This document shows positions 1 through 10,414 of a stretch of 64,000 nucleotides of DNA, in pieces (the first letter of the stretch is position 1; each line of letters begins with the position of its first letter). Source of the stretch: an uncultured Verrucomicrobiae bacterium. Its GTDB lineage: Bacteria > Verrucomicrobiota > Verrucomicrobiia > Chthoniobacterales > UBA10450. The notes below the pieces were generated by a model. It was not told the origin of the DNA. It was given only the letters and a program-made list of their open reading frames with translations, and did no database searches. The stretch spans positions 185,653 to 249,652 of the forward strand of contig CAVYMO010000002.1 in NCBI GenBank assembly GCA_963769625.1, written 5' to 3'. The position numbers and the translations under genes are program-made.

Positions 1-1171
1 GTCGAAAACGAGCGGGGCGCGCGATTGCAGCGTGACGCGTCCGACTTGGTTGCGCGCGACTTCCGGCGTGTTCGCGCGGTGGTCACGGCGAGGCGTGGAG
101 GAGTCCATCACTTGCTCGATGCTCACGAGCTGGCAATTCACTTCCTGCGTGCCGAGGCGCACGCATGCATTGCGCGTCCGTACGCAGCGGGCTTCTCAGC
201 GATCCAGAAGATATCGGCGCGAAAACGGTTGGCCTGGATCGGCGTTTCCTGCAGGTGCGAGGCGACGTAGCCGCGCTCGACAAAAATTTGTTCCTGCAAG
301 GTGATGCCGACCGAGTCGCCCGCGATCGCTTCTGGCGCGCGCGGCGCGCTCCACGATTCGATGCTGGCGACGACCGAGGTTTTGTTCGCGGGCGAAAAGA
401 CCAGTTCATCCCCCACCCGCAAGCGTGCCGCTCTCGATGCGTCCGGCGATGATGCGGCGTTCGTCGAAGCGGTAAATATCCTGCACGCAAAGGCGGAGCG
501 GTTGCTCCACGGGCGCGCAGTCGCCTTCGAGTTGGTCGAACGCTTTCGAGCAAGGTCGGGCCCTTGAACCAGTCCAATCGCGTCGCGCCACCGCGATGGG
601 CGACGTTTGCACCCGCGCGCGCCGAGGCCGGAACGAAGAGCGCGCGCTTCCAGGTCGAGCGATTGCGAGAAACGCGCGGTATTCGCGCTCGATCTCGCCG
701 AACGACGTCTCGCGCGTATCCGACCAAATCCATTTTGTTCACCACCACCACGATTTGCCGAATCCCGAGCAGGCTGAGCAAATAAGCGTGGCGACGGCTC
801 TGCTCGCGCACGCCTTCGTTCGCCGCCACCACCAGGATGGCCGCGTCCGCGTTGGCCGCGCCGGTGATCATGTTCTTGAGGAACTCCTTGTGCCCCGGCG
901 CGTCGATGATGACGTACTGCCGACGCGCGGTGCGAAACGGAATCTGCGTGGTGTCGATCGTGATGTTTTGCTCCTGTTCCTCGAGCAGCGCGTCGAGCAG
1001 GAACGCGTATTCGAATTCCATCCCCTCCGCCGCGCAGGCCTGTTGAATGGCCGCGAGTTTCCCTTCCGGCAGTGATTCGGTGTCGTGCAAGATCCGGCCG
1101 ATGAGCGTGGACTTCCCGTGGTCCACATGACCGACGAAAACGACCTTTAAGCGCGGCGCTTCCGCGCTCAC
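1..1171 (-). pseudogene. cysN: Sulfate adenylyltransferase subunit 1 (CysN GTPase). The 3' end leaves the window and the frame is broken about 6 times as sequenced.
   Basis: GTPase motifs [18 protein letters not shown] and NKMD lie in ORF 83..1522. Homology continues in other frames: [13 protein letters not shown]; [21 protein letters not shown]; [29 protein letters not shown] (ORF 406..612); [25 protein letters not shown] (ORF 138..1580). [18 protein letters not shown] then stays open to base 1. Likely GTG start at 1171 overlapping the cysD stop (GTGA); ATG 1201 is the alternative. Confidence 0.85.
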
Positions 1172-1983
1172 ATGAAACCCTTTCGCGCGCAGCTTTTGCA
1201 TCGCGTTTCGCTCGTGATGATCCTGCGCGCGGCCGGCCCGTTCGCTCGTTTTGCGTGGCGTCGAGTTCGGCGATGATGTCTTCGATCGTGGCTGCGTTGC
1301 TCGCGACTGGCTTCGTGATCGGCATGCAACCCAGCGATCGATAACGCTGCCCATTCCGCGCGAAATACATCTGCGGAATCGGAATCTGCTCGCGCTGGAT
1401 GTAGCGCCAGATGTCGGCCTCGGTCCAATCGAGCAAGCGGCTGCACGCGCACGTGTTCGCCCGGTCCGCCGGCGCTCGCGAATTGTCCCCAAAATTCCGG
1501 CGGCTGATCCTTGTAGGACCATTCTGATTGCGCGTTGCGCGGCGAGAAGTAGCGCTCCTTCGCGCGCGTCGCATCTTCATCGCGGCGGATGCCGGTGATG
1601 AGCGCGTCGAACTTGTGTTCCGCCAACACTTGCTGCAGCGCGACGCTCTTCAGCTCGTGCGTCACCGTCACGGGGTCGTGCGTCTCGTAGCCGATGCCGC
1701 GCGCGCGCGCCTCTTCGTTGATCTTCACGATCAGGTTCAACTTGTAATGCGCCGTCGCCCAGTCGCGAAATTCGAGCATCTCGGGGAACTCGTAGGTGGT
1801 GTCGATGTGCAGCACCGGAAACGGAATCTTGCCGAAGAACGACTTGAGCGAGAGCCAGATGAGGACGTTCGAGTCCTTCCCCATCGACCACGGCATGGCG
1901 ATGTTCTTGAAGGAGTGAAACGCCTCGCGAAAAATGTAGATGCTCTGGTTCTCCAGCTGGTCCAGATGCGTGCGGTCTGCCAT
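1168..1983 (-). pseudogene. cysD: Sulfate adenylyltransferase subunit 2 (CysD), about 3 frame changes as sequenced
   Basis: The N-terminal ~190 aa of ORF 1168..1983 are CysD-like ([35 protein letters not shown]). It continues as [39 protein letters not shown] in the ORF 138..1580 frame, then [23 protein letters not shown] in the ORF 83..1522 frame, with the stop at 1168. Confidence 0.85.
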
Positions 1984-2064
1984 GCGGTCTCCACTTAAGG
2001 CCTAAATCCTAAAACTTAAAGCTCCGCACCTTGCAGAGCCCGACGCCGAACTTTAGTGTGCGCC

Positions 2065-3177
2065 ATGCCGGAAACCGTCCCCGCCGCCTACGATTCGAAG
2101 ATCGAAGGCAACGTCATCATCACCCGGGTGGACGCGGCCATGAACTGGATGCGGAAGAATTCGCTCTGGCCCATGCCGATGGGGCTGGCGTGCTGCGCGA
2201 TCGAGTTAATGGCGACGGCCTCCTCGCGTTTCGACATCTCGCGCTTCGGCGCGGAGGTGATGCGCTTCTCGCCGCGGCAATGCGACGTCATGATCGTCGC
2301 CGGCACCGTGACCTATAAAATGGCGCTGGCGGTGAAGCGGATTTACGAACAGATGCCCGAGCCAAAGTGGGTCATCGCCATGGGCGCCTGCGCTTCCACC
2401 GGCGGGATGTATCGCTCCTACGCCGTGCTGCAGGGCATCGATCAATTGCTGCCGGTGGACGTTTACGTTTCCGGTTGCCCGCCGCGGCCCGAAGCGTTGA
2501 TCGAGGGCTTGATGAAGCTGCAGGAAAAGATCACGGGCGAGCATTCCTTCCTCGATCAAAAACGCGAGCTCTTTAAAGAACGCGAAACCGCGACTCGCAT
2601 GACCGGCCAGGAACTTCTCGCCTCTCTCGGACGCCTCTTCGGCGAGAAGATCAAGGATCGCTCCACCTTTCGGGGCGAAACCACCTTCACGATTGCGCGC
2701 GAAGACCTCCGCGAGGTGGCAACGTTTTGCCGCGACGAGCTGTCTTTCGATTATCTGCTCGATATCTCGAGCGTCGATAATTTCGGCGAAGAGCCGCGCT
2801 TCGAAGTCGTCTACGAACTTTACTCGATGACGCTGGCGATCCACTTGCGCCTGAAGCTGGCTGTCTCCGAGGACGATCCGACGGTCGAAACCGTTTCCGA
2901 CATCTGGCCGACCGCGAATTGGCACGAGCGCGAAATTTTCGACATGATGGGCCTGCGCTTTAACAATCATCCAGATCTTCGCCGCATCCTGATGTGGGAC
3001 GGCTATCCCTATTTCCCGCTCCGCAAAGAATTCCCGCTCGAAGGCCTGCCCAGCGACATGCCCGACGTGGCTTTCACCGGGGTCGCGCCGCTGGAAGGCG
3101 GCCCGTTCGTCACCCTTCCCAGCACGGCGACGACGAAAGACCGCGAACCGCGCGCCCGCCGCCCGATCGCCGAGTAG
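2065..3177 (+). CDS. nuoB/nuoC: Fused NADH-quinone oxidoreductase subunits B and C (NuoB-NuoC) in a single ORF
   Basis: N-terminal ~160 aa are NuoB with the N2-cluster cysteines ([23 protein letters not shown]). C-terminal ~190 aa are NuoC / 30 kDa subunit ([41 protein letters not shown]). ATG at 2065; the ORF track starts at GTG 2056. No other nuo genes are adjacent. Confidence 0.9.
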   Translation: MPETVPAAYDSKIEGNVIITRVDAAMNWMRKNSLWPMPMGLACCAIELMATASSRFDISRFGAEVMRFSPRQCDVMIVAGTVTYKMALAVKRIYEQMPEPKWVIAMGACASTGGMYRSYAVLQGIDQLLPVDVYVSGCPPRPEALIEGLMKLQEKITGEHSFLDQKRELFKERETATRMTGQELLASLGRLFGEKIKDRSTFRGETTFTIAREDLREVATFCRDELSFDYLLDISSVDNFGEEPRFEVVYELYSMTLAIHLRLKLAVSEDDPTVETVSDIWPTANWHEREIFDMMGLRFNNHPDLRRILMWDGYPYFPLRKEFPLEGLPSDMPDVAFTGVAPLEGGPFVTLPSTATTKDREPRARRPIAE

Positions 3178-3180
3178 CAA

Positions 3181-3950
3181 TCACACGAGGGCTCGAGCGA
3201 GGAGGCGGCCCATATCAGCCGCAGCCACCTTCCCGACGGCGAGAACGTCTTCGTGGCGCAATGGCTCGTCGCTGATTCCGGCTGCCCAATTCGTGAGGCA
3301 GGAGAACCCGGCGACCTCGAGGCCAAGCGCGCGCGCCTGTATTGTTTCGAGGACGGTGGACATGCCAATCGCGTCGGCCCCGAGCGTGCGCAGCATGCGC
3401 ACTTCGGCGGCGGTTTCGTACTGCGGACCGAGAAGGCCGGCGTAGACGCCCTCGTGCAAGGCGATGCCAGTCGCGGCGGCGGCACGTGCGAAGACGCCGC
3501 GCCACGCAGGCGAGTAGGCATTGGTCATGTCGGTAAACTGGGCGCGCCCACCAAGGGCGACGTAGCCCGTGAGATTCAAGTGATCGCGCAACATCATCCA
3601 CGAACCGGGGGCGAAATCCGGGTTCGCGGTGCCAGCGGCGTTGGTCAGGACGATGCGCTTGATGCCGGCTTCCGCGAGCAGGCGGATGCCGGCGGTGACT
3701 TCGTGGGCGGAACGTCCTTCGTAAAGATGGACGCGGCCTTTGGCGAAAAGAAGCCGCGTGCCGTTTATCTCGCCGGCTGCGAACTCGCCGCGTGGCCCGG
3801 AACGGTAGTTTGCGGAAGCCGAGCGAAATCGTGATATGGAATTCGCTCGTGCACGGCCGCGTTTTCCAAAAGGAATTCAAGGCCCGAGCCGAGCACGATC
3901 GCCGTTTCGGCACGCCATCCGCGCAAACGTTCCAGCGCGGCCTCACTCAC
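3181..3950 (-). pseudogene. punA: Purine nucleoside phosphorylase (PunA type), one frameshift near 3790
   Basis: The C-terminal part is ORF 3181..3597 (GPQYETAAEVRMLRTLGADAIGMSTV). The same frame upstream reads GEFAAGEINGTRLLFAKGRVHLYEGRSAHEV..LTNAAGTANPDF. The N-terminus VSEAALERLRGWRAETAIVLGSGLEF lies in the tail of ORF 3765..5072. The shift looks like GGG->GG in GHAGEF. GTG start at 3950. Confidence 0.85.
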
Positions 3951-3955
3951 AAGAA

Positions 3956-5596
3956 TCAGGCCGCGGAGATCGGCGGCGCGGTTTCGGGTTTTTGCGTCGC
4001 CGCCATCACGTCGGGGCGAAGGCCGTCTTCGCGGGGCAGGCTGGTTTTTGTTTCCTGCTTCGGATAGGCGATGCGCGTGTGCAGCATCGTCATGAGGGTG
4101 AAACGGAAACGCTCCGCGATGACGCGCAACTCGGAGAGCGTGAGATCGGATTCGTCGAGCTGGCGGTCGGCGATGCGTTGCGCGATCAGATCCGTGACCA
4201 ACTGTTCGATTTTTTGCGGGGTCGGTTTTTCGATGCTGCGCGAGGCGCTTTCCACCATGTCGGCGAGGCTGACGATGGCGCTCTCCTTGGTTTGCGGCTT
4301 GGGACCGGCGTAGCGGAAGCTTTCCTCTTTCACTTCCGGCACATCTTCCTCGCGCAATTTCATGATCTTGCCGCCGGCGCGGGCGTCTTCCTGTTGCTGC
4401 AAGGCGCGCTTGTAGAAATAATAGACGAGCGAGGTGCCGTGGTGCTCCTGGATGATGTCGACGATGCGGCGATTCAGGTTGTGCTTGAGCGCGAGGTCCA
4501 CGCCTTCCTTGACGTGCGCGATGATGATGAGCGCGCTCATGGTCGGCGCGAGATCGTCGTGCGGGTTGCGCTCGAAGTTCATGTTCTCGGTGAAGTAATC
4601 GGGTTTCACGAGCTTGCCGACATCGTGGAAATAGGCGCAGACGCGGCAGAGCGTGCCGTTGGCGCCGATCGCTTCGGCGGCGGCTTCGGCCAGGTTCGCG
4701 ACCACGAGACTGTGGTGGTAGGTGCCGGGCGCTTCGATGGTCATGCGCTTGAGCAACGGATGATTGAGATCGGACGCTTCCAGCCAGGAGATGTCGGTGG
4801 TGATGCGAAAGAGATGTTCGAGCATCGGAAGGATGCCCCCGACGATGGTGGCGGTGACGATGCCGTTGCCAATCGCGAGCGCGCTTTGCAAGGCGAGCGA
4901 TTGCCAGTCGTTCGCGCCCGGGCTGAGGAGATCGATCGGCCCGATGACGCCAAATGCGAGCGAGAGGAGCCACAAGGCGACGCCCACGCCGAAACCAGCC
5001 CGAATCAAACGGCTGCGCCGCCGCACTTGCAAGGTGAGAAAGACGGCGGTGAAGCCGCTGATCAAGGCGCAAACCAGCAATGGCGCATCAAACTCGCCGA
5101 AGAGCATCCGGGTCCAGAGGCTAACGAAGATAGCAGCGTAAAGGCCGTGATTCCGCCCCAGTAAAACGCTCAACACGAGCGGCGCAAAAGCGTAGGGCGC
5201 GAGCAGCGCTGCAGTTTCCGGCTTCAACCAACTGACGGTGCCGCTCTGGCAAAGAAGCAGGATGAGCTTCGTCATGGCGAGCTGCACGAACATGACGCTG
5301 AAGACAAGCAGCAGCCGCGAGCCCCGCACGAAAGTGGCCGGCTGGTTGATCCAAAGTTGAGTGACGGCCGCCGCGAAGAAGAGCGTCGCGACGAGGAAAC
5401 TCTTCGTCGGCTCCGGTTGGTCGCCGCTGAAAATAAGCAGCGCCAGGCCGGCAACGAAGCCGGCAAAGATGATGCCTTTGAAATAGGCGGCGTACTCGAC
5501 CCGGTCGATCAACTCGTTCGAGCCGCGGCGGCGTCGGGTCTTGCCCGAGGCCAGGCCCCGCTTCACGAGGCGGTTCCGTTTTAAGAAATCAAACAT
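3956..5596 (-). CDS. 7TM-receptor HD/HDIG phosphohydrolase (YqfF/PgpH-like)
   Basis: Intact 546-aa ORF with a multi-TM N-terminal half. The C-terminal HD domain reads HHSLVVANLAEAAAEAIGAN..CAYFHDVGKLVKPDYFTEN..IIAHVKEGVDLA..IIQEHHGTS. It sits directly downstream of phoH, the usual phoH-yqfF arrangement. Confidence 0.85.
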   Translation of the reverse strand: MFDFLKRNRLVKRGLASGKTRRRRGSNELIDRVEYAAYFKGIIFAGFVAGLALLIFSGDQPEPTKSFLVATLFFAAAVTQLWINQPATFVRGSRLLLVFSVMFVQLAMTKLILLLCQSGTVSWLKPETAALLAPYAFAPLVLSVLLGRNHGLYAAIFVSLWTRMLFGEFDAPLLVCALISGFTAVFLTLQVRRRSRLIRAGFGVGVALWLLSLAFGVIGPIDLLSPGANDWQSLALQSALAIGNGIVTATIVGGILPMLEHLFRITTDISWLEASDLNHPLLKRMTIEAPGTYHHSLVVANLAEAAAEAIGANGTLCRVCAYFHDVGKLVKPDYFTENMNFERNPHDDLAPTMSALIIIAHVKEGVDLALKHNLNRRIVDIIQEHHGTSLVYYFYKRALQQQEDARAGGKIMKLREEDVPEVKEESFRYAGPKPQTKESAIVSLADMVESASRSIEKPTPQKIEQLVTDLIAQRIADRQLDESDLTLSELRVIAERFRFTLMTMLHTRIAYPKQETKTSLPREDGLRPDVMAATQKPETAPPISAA

Positions 5597-5602
5597 GCGA
5601 GG

Positions 5603-6586
5603 CTACTTGCGCTGGGACCCGGCGGCATTGGCCGGGGAGCGATGTAGTTGATACGCGTTTATGATCGCGCGGACAAGCTCGTGTCGCACCACGTCGCGCT
5701 CGTTGAAATAGACGGTGGCGATGCCGGGAACGGTTTTCAGCGCCTGCAACGCTTCCACCAGCCCGGAGCGCTTGTTCGAGGGCAGATCGATTTGCGTCAC
5801 GTCGCCGGTGACGACAAGCTTCGAATTTTGCCCAATGCGCGTCAGCAACATGAACATCTGTTCCGTGGTCGTGTTCTGCGCTTCGTCCAGAATAACGAAA
5901 GCGTTACTGAGCGTGCGACCCCGCATGTAGGCCAGCGGCGCCACCTCGATCGTCTGCCGCGCGACCAACCGCTCGATTTCCTCTGGCTCCAGCATGTCGC
6001 GCAAAGCGTCATAAAGCGGACGCAGATACGGCGTGATCTTCTCCTGCAGATCGCCCGGGAGGAAACCGAGCGCCTCTCCCGCTTCCACCGCCGGCCGTGT
6101 GAGCACGATACGACTGACCTGCTCTTTTTTCAGGGCCGCCACTGCCATGGCGACAGCGAGATAAGTCTTGCCCGTCCCGGCGGGTCCGATCCCGAAGACG
6201 ATGTCGTGTTTTTGAATCGCCTCCACATATTGCCGCTGGCCGACAGTGCGGGTGACGATGGGTGGCTTGCGCGCGGAGGTGGCAATCTTCACGTCCACCG
6301 CATCGGTGAGATCACCTGGTCGCGCGGCGCTGACGGAATCGAGCGCGTAACTGAATTCGTGTTTGTGAATATCGACGCCTTTCTGTCGGACCTTTTCGAG
6401 TTGCTCGAAGACGCGCTCGGCCCGCTCGACTTGCTCCGGTTCGCCCTCCAGCTTCAACCAGCCCTCCCGGGTGGTCACGCGCACGCCGAGCCGTTCCTCG
6501 AGCGTCTTGAGAAGTTTGAGGTCGTTCGCGTAGAGCGCCTGCAACGAACGCGCGCTCTCGAATTGCAAGGTGCGAGATTCGGTCAT
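5603..6586 (-). CDS. phoH: PhoH-like ATPase (YbeZ)
   Basis: Walker A GPAGTGKTYLAVAMAV and the PhoH signature LTRPAVEAGEALGFLPGDLQEKITPYLRPLYDAL. ATG at 6586 (MTESRTLQFE); the ORF track extends to a TTG at 6643. Confidence 0.9.
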   Translation of the reverse strand: MTESRTLQFESARSLQALYANDLKLLKTLEERLGVRVTTREGWLKLEGEPEQVERAERVFEQLEKVRQKGVDIHKHEFSYALDSVSAARPGDLTDAVDVKIATSARKPPIVTRTVGQRQYVEAIQKHDIVFGIGPAGTGKTYLAVAMAVAALKKEQVSRIVLTRPAVEAGEALGFLPGDLQEKITPYLRPLYDALRDMLEPEEIERLVARQTIEVAPLAYMRGRTLSNAFVILDEAQNTTTEQMFMLLTRIGQNSKLVVTGDVTQIDLPSNKRSGLVEALQALKTVPGIATVYFNERDVVRHELVRAIINAYQLHRSPANAAGSQRK

Positions 6587-6659
6587 CAGCCGCCTACAAG
6601 AGGCTCGGCAAGAACAATCACAGATGGTCAGGCGATCAGGCAAACCGGCACGGGAGAAG

Positions 6660-7113
6660 TTAACGGAAGCCGTAGACGAGCGCCCAATGGGTGCGATCTT
6701 CCGGCGATTCCTCGATTGTGACGATGATAAAGTAGCTGCCCGTGCTCTGCGGAATCACATGCGCGGCGGCAAATTGGCCCTTCTGCCAGCTATCCGGCTG
6801 CTCCACGAGTTTCCCTTCGGCGTCATAGATGTGGACGGACAGCGACCGCTTTCTCGACCTCCGTGCCGAGCCAGAACCAGTATTCGTTGCCTTTGAACAA
6901 CTGCTGCTTGACGGCCTTTTTCTCGCCGGTGCCGAGGTCGCCGCCCCAATAATCCTCGCGTACCTGGAAGCCGTCCTTTACGTACGGCTCGGCCGCCTGC
7001 GAGCGCGAACGATTGCGCGTCATCCACCGAACCGTACGGCGGGCTGGCTCAGCGTGAAGAGCAGCGCCAAAAGGCAGGCGCCTCGCAAAACGTGGATTAA
7101 TGAAAGCGTGCAT
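6660..7113 (-). pseudogene. Hypothetical protein, one frameshift near 6840
   Basis: ORF 6823..7113 (..NEYWFWLGTEVEKA) continues in another frame as SLSVHIYDAEGKLVEQPDSWQKGQFAAAHVIPQSTGSYFIIVTIEESPEDRTHWALVYGFR, with the stop at 6660. No recognisable family. Confidence 0.5.
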
Positions 7114-7120
7114 GCGTCGG

Positions 7121-7917
7121 CTATTTCTTTGTGATCGCGCTCATCGAGTCGGCGTGGTGATTTCGTTGATCCGCTTGACCGAATTCGGCAGAAATGGGCG
7201 TGGTCCCGACATCGATCAAAGGCTGCACTTCCTTCAGCGCCGTCTGGATATCCTGTAGCAGCTTCATGTTAAACTCGGGCATCGCCTGCAGCCGGTCCTG
7301 GAAATACACCAGTAGATCCGGCTGATGGAGCAACTCCGCGCCATCCGGCGAGAAGCGTTTGCTCACCACGGCTGTCAGCACATCCGTGCCGCGCAGCCAG
7401 CCGCCGAGGCTGACCAATTGCGAAAGCTTCTCGTCGTGCACCTCGTTCATCGCCTGCTGCACGCTGTTCTGGGTGCGATCCAGTTCCTGGCGAACGCTCA
7501 CCCAATTGCGCTTGTCGGCCGCTTCGGTGATCGCCTTGGCATGCGGGGTGATCGAATTCCCCACCCCGATCCCCTTCGCGAGGCTGAGCACCCGCTGGCC
7601 GATGTCCTTCACCGCCGGGCGCATCCTCCGCCTGCACGGCGATGAAACCATCGGCGATGACCGTGCCGAGGAGGAGCGCGATGCGCGGGCGCTCGGTGAA
7701 ATTGCTCCCCTTGTCCGTGCGGACATGTTCCTTCCAGTTCACGCCGCCGAGTTTGTTCAGCGCGCCAAAAACTTCGTTAGGCAGCGGCACCACGACGTTG
7801 TCCACCTGCTTGGACAGTTGCGAGACATCGATGCGTTTTGGAGCTTCCACGGCGGGCGCGGAAAGCGTAAGACCCAGCAGGCAAGTGAGGGTCGAGGTAA
7901 GGAAATTTAGATATCAT
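7121..7917 (-). pseudogene. Hypothetical secreted protein, frameshifts near 7900 and 7620
   Basis: ATG 7917 (MISKF) shifts into a signal-peptide-like stretch LTSTLTCLLGLTLSAPAVEAPK (ORF 7269..7850). This then joins ORF 7121..7726 at ..IAVQAEDA / AVKDIGQRVLSLAKG... No recognisable family. Confidence 0.5.
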
Positions 7918-8094
7918 CCGGGCTTTGGACTGTTGTTTTCGACTTCTATTCAGATTTGGTGGATTACACTAGGCAGAACTGTGAGCCGCACAAATCTGCC
8001 TCGCCCCCGCCATTTTGACACCCTTATTTCGAAATAAATCGACCCCGTGCGGGCATCCTCTTGGAATTCTTCCGCCACTTCGTTCGGCCGTCTT

Positions 8095-9105
8095 ATGAAG
8101 TCCAGTCGTCTGCAAGAGATTCTCACTCGGGCGCGCACCAAGCGCATTCTCGTCATCGGCGACCTCATGCTGGATGAGTTCGTCTGGGGCAAGGTGGGCC
8201 GCATTTCTCCCGAAGCGCCAGTGCCCGTGGTGGAGGTAACGGGTGAAAGCTTCTATCCCGGCGGCGCCGCCAACGTGGCGCGTAACCTCCGCGGATTTTG
8301 CGCGCGCGCGTCGGTCATCGGCTTGCTCGGTTGCGATCGCGGCGGGCGGCAATTGCGGCAGTTGCTGGAAGACGACGCCATCGACACCACGGGCGCGGTC
8401 GAGGATGCGGATTTTCCGACCATCGTGAAAACACGAATCATCGCCCGCCAGCAACAGGTGGTGCGAGTCGACCGCGAGGAAATCCGCGCGCCCGAGGCCC
8501 GGGCAAATCGGCTGCGGTCGCGGAGACCTTGCGTGTCCGTCTTGCGGAGCTCGACGCCATCATCCTGGAAGATTACGGCAAGGGGTTTCTCAGCGCCGAA
8601 TTGGTCACGCAAATTTCCGCGCTCGCGCACGACGCCGGCAAAATCGTCACGGTCGACCCGAATCCCCGCCACACCCTCACGTGGAAAAACGTCACCGCGA
8701 TCAAGCCCAACCGCTCCGAAGCCTTCCTCGCCGCGGGGGTGCCGTGGAGCGATCCGGCCGACACGGTCATGGATGATCGGCCACTTCTCCAAGTCGGCGC
8801 CGCCCTGCTCGAAAAATGGGCGACCGAGCATCTTCTGATTACTCTGGGGGAGGACGGCATGATCCTGTTCGGTCGCGAAGGTGCGCCCCACCACATACCG
8901 ACCAAAGCGCAGCAGGTCTTCGACGTCTCGGGCGCAGGCGATACCGCGATCGCGTTCTTCACTCTCGCCCTCACATGTGACGCAACCGCCGTGGAAGCGG
9001 CCGAGATCGCCAATCACGCCAGTGCCGTCGTCGTCGGCAAACTCGGCACCGCCACCGTGACCCCGCGAAGAACTTGCCGCCAGTTTCGATGACAACACGG
9101 CCTAG
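8095..9105 (+). pseudogene. hldA: D-glycero-beta-D-manno-heptose-7-phosphate kinase (RfaE domain I / HldA), frameshifts near 8497 and 9065
   Basis: PfkB-type sugar kinase. ILVIGDLMLDEFVWGKVGRISPEAPVPVV is in ORF 8047..8838 and ILEDYGKGFLS..VTVDPN..VFDVSGAGDTAIA..ANHASAVVVGKLGTATV in ORF 8298..9092. A better C-terminus [14 protein letters not shown], with stop at 9105, lies in a third frame. Confidence 0.8.
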
Positions 9106-9643
9106 CGAGCCGGAGCAGGCCCACCCGGCCGTCTTCCTCGACCGGGACGGCACCCTCATGCGGGATGCCGATTACTGCGGCGATCCGGCGCAGGTCGAAG
9201 TTTACGCTGGCACGTCCGCGGCCTTGCAGCGTCTGAAAGAGGCGGGATTTCGCCTCGTTATCATCACCAACCAAAGCGGCATCGGGCGCGGCTATTTTGG
9301 CGAAACCGAATATCGCGCCGTCGCAGCAGAGGTGGAGCGGCAACTCGGCGCCGGCTTGATCGATGCCACCTATTTTTGCCCCGATCTCCCGGACAACGGT
9401 TCCGTGCGCCGTAAACCCGCGCCCGGCATGATTCTCGAAGCGCAGCGGGAGCACGCGATCGATCTCAACCGCTCGTTCATGATCGGCGACAAACCGATCG
9501 ATGTGGAATGTGGACGCAATGCCGGCGTGCGGACCATTCTCGTGCACACGGGCAAAGCGAAAACGGCCGGCGCCGGCGGGGCCGATTGGGAAGCGCGCGA
9601 TCTCACGGAAGCGGCCGGGATTATTCTTCGTCATGCGCGCTAA
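9089..9643 (+). CDS. gmhB: D-glycero-D-manno-heptose 1,7-bisphosphate phosphatase
   Basis: HAD motifs [30 protein letters not shown] and [20 protein letters not shown] at 9089; the ORF track starts at TTG 9074. Confidence 0.85.
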   Translation: MTTRPSEPEQAHPAVFLDRDGTLMRDADYCGDPAQVEVYAGTSAALQRLKEAGFRLVIITNQSGIGRGYFGETEYRAVAAEVERQLGAGLIDATYFCPDLPDNGSVRRKPAPGMILEAQREHAIDLNRSFMIGDKPIDVECGRNAGVRTILVHTGKAKTAGAGGADWEARDLTEAAGIILRHAR

Positions 9644-10414
9644 AGCTGTCGGTATCATTCCCGCGCGTTGGGGCTCGACGCGTTTTCCGGGGAAGCCATT
9701 ACACGTGATCGCGGGCAAGCCGCTCCTGCGTCACGTTTGGGAACGCTGTCTGCGCGCACGCCGAGCTCGACCAAGTCATTATCGCGACCGACGATATGCG
9801 CATCGCGGAAGCGGTATTTGCCTGGGGAGCGGAAGTGGCATTGACGTCTTCGCGGCATCGCAGCGGGACGGATCGCGTGGCTGAGGTGATCGCGCACGCG
9901 CCAGAGTTCACGCACATCCTCAACATCCAGGGCGATGAGCCGCTGATCGATCCGAAACTAATCGACCGCCTCGTTCGGGAAATGCAGCGCGATACCACAG
10001 TTGAGATGATCACGGCCGCGCATCCGTTTGCAGAAGTGGGCGAGGTGGCATCGCCGCATCAAGTAAAGGTCGTTCTGAGCCGGGCCGGCGATGCGCTCTA
10101 TTTCTCACGCGCGGCCATTCCCTTCGTCGGACAATTCCGACCGATCCGACACAATCCATCTGCGCCACCAGGGCATCTACGGTTACACGCGCGATTTGCT
10201 CCTGCGCTTCGTGCGCTGGAAACCGTCGCCGCTGGAACGCGCGGAATCGCTCGAACAATTGCGCGCACTGGAGAATGGCGTAAGAATTCGGGTGGTGGTG
10301 ACGGAGCGGGGCTGGCCGGGGGTGGACACGCCGGCCGACGTGGAAACAGTTGCGCAGGAACTCGTTCGCGCAGCGCGCGCCGGCTCCCGTCGAAAACAAA
10401 AAAACGCGCGATGA
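9633..10414 (+). pseudogene. kdsB: 3-deoxy-manno-octulosonate cytidylyltransferase (CMP-KDO synthetase), frameshifts near 9758 and 10135
   Basis: [23 protein letters not shown] is in ORF 9501..9884. [34 protein letters not shown] is in the 5' part of ORF 9796..12009. HLRHQGIYGYTRDLLLRF..LEQLRALENG is in ORF 10091..10414. Confidence 0.85.

Noticed and set aside
1168-1201. Possible in-frame CysD-CysN fusion (frame of ORF 83..1522 reads ..[32 protein letters not shown])
   Set aside because: AAAGGGTTTC reads K-G-F in two frames. Removing one G from the GGG run restores the normal CysD end ..RAKGFM-stop, overlapping a GTG start for cysN (GTGA). A homopolymer indel is the simpler explanation.
2206-3180. 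324-aa ORF on the minus strand, antisense to nuoB-nuoC
   Set aside because: It is a shadow ORF of a well-supported gene in high-GC DNA. The translation is Arg/Ala/Gly/His-rich with no recognisable motif.
3765-5164. Long alternative-frame and antisense ORFs over the 7TM-HD gene (3765..5072 minus, 3836..5164 plus)
   Set aside because: Low-complexity Arg/His/Pro-rich translations. Only the last ~60 codons of 3765..5072 are meaningful, as the punA N-terminus. The 3956..5596 frame carries the HD motifs.
5648-6721. 357-aa plus-strand ORF antisense to phoH
   Set aside because: Shadow ORF with no motifs. The opposite strand has the Walker A and PhoH signature.
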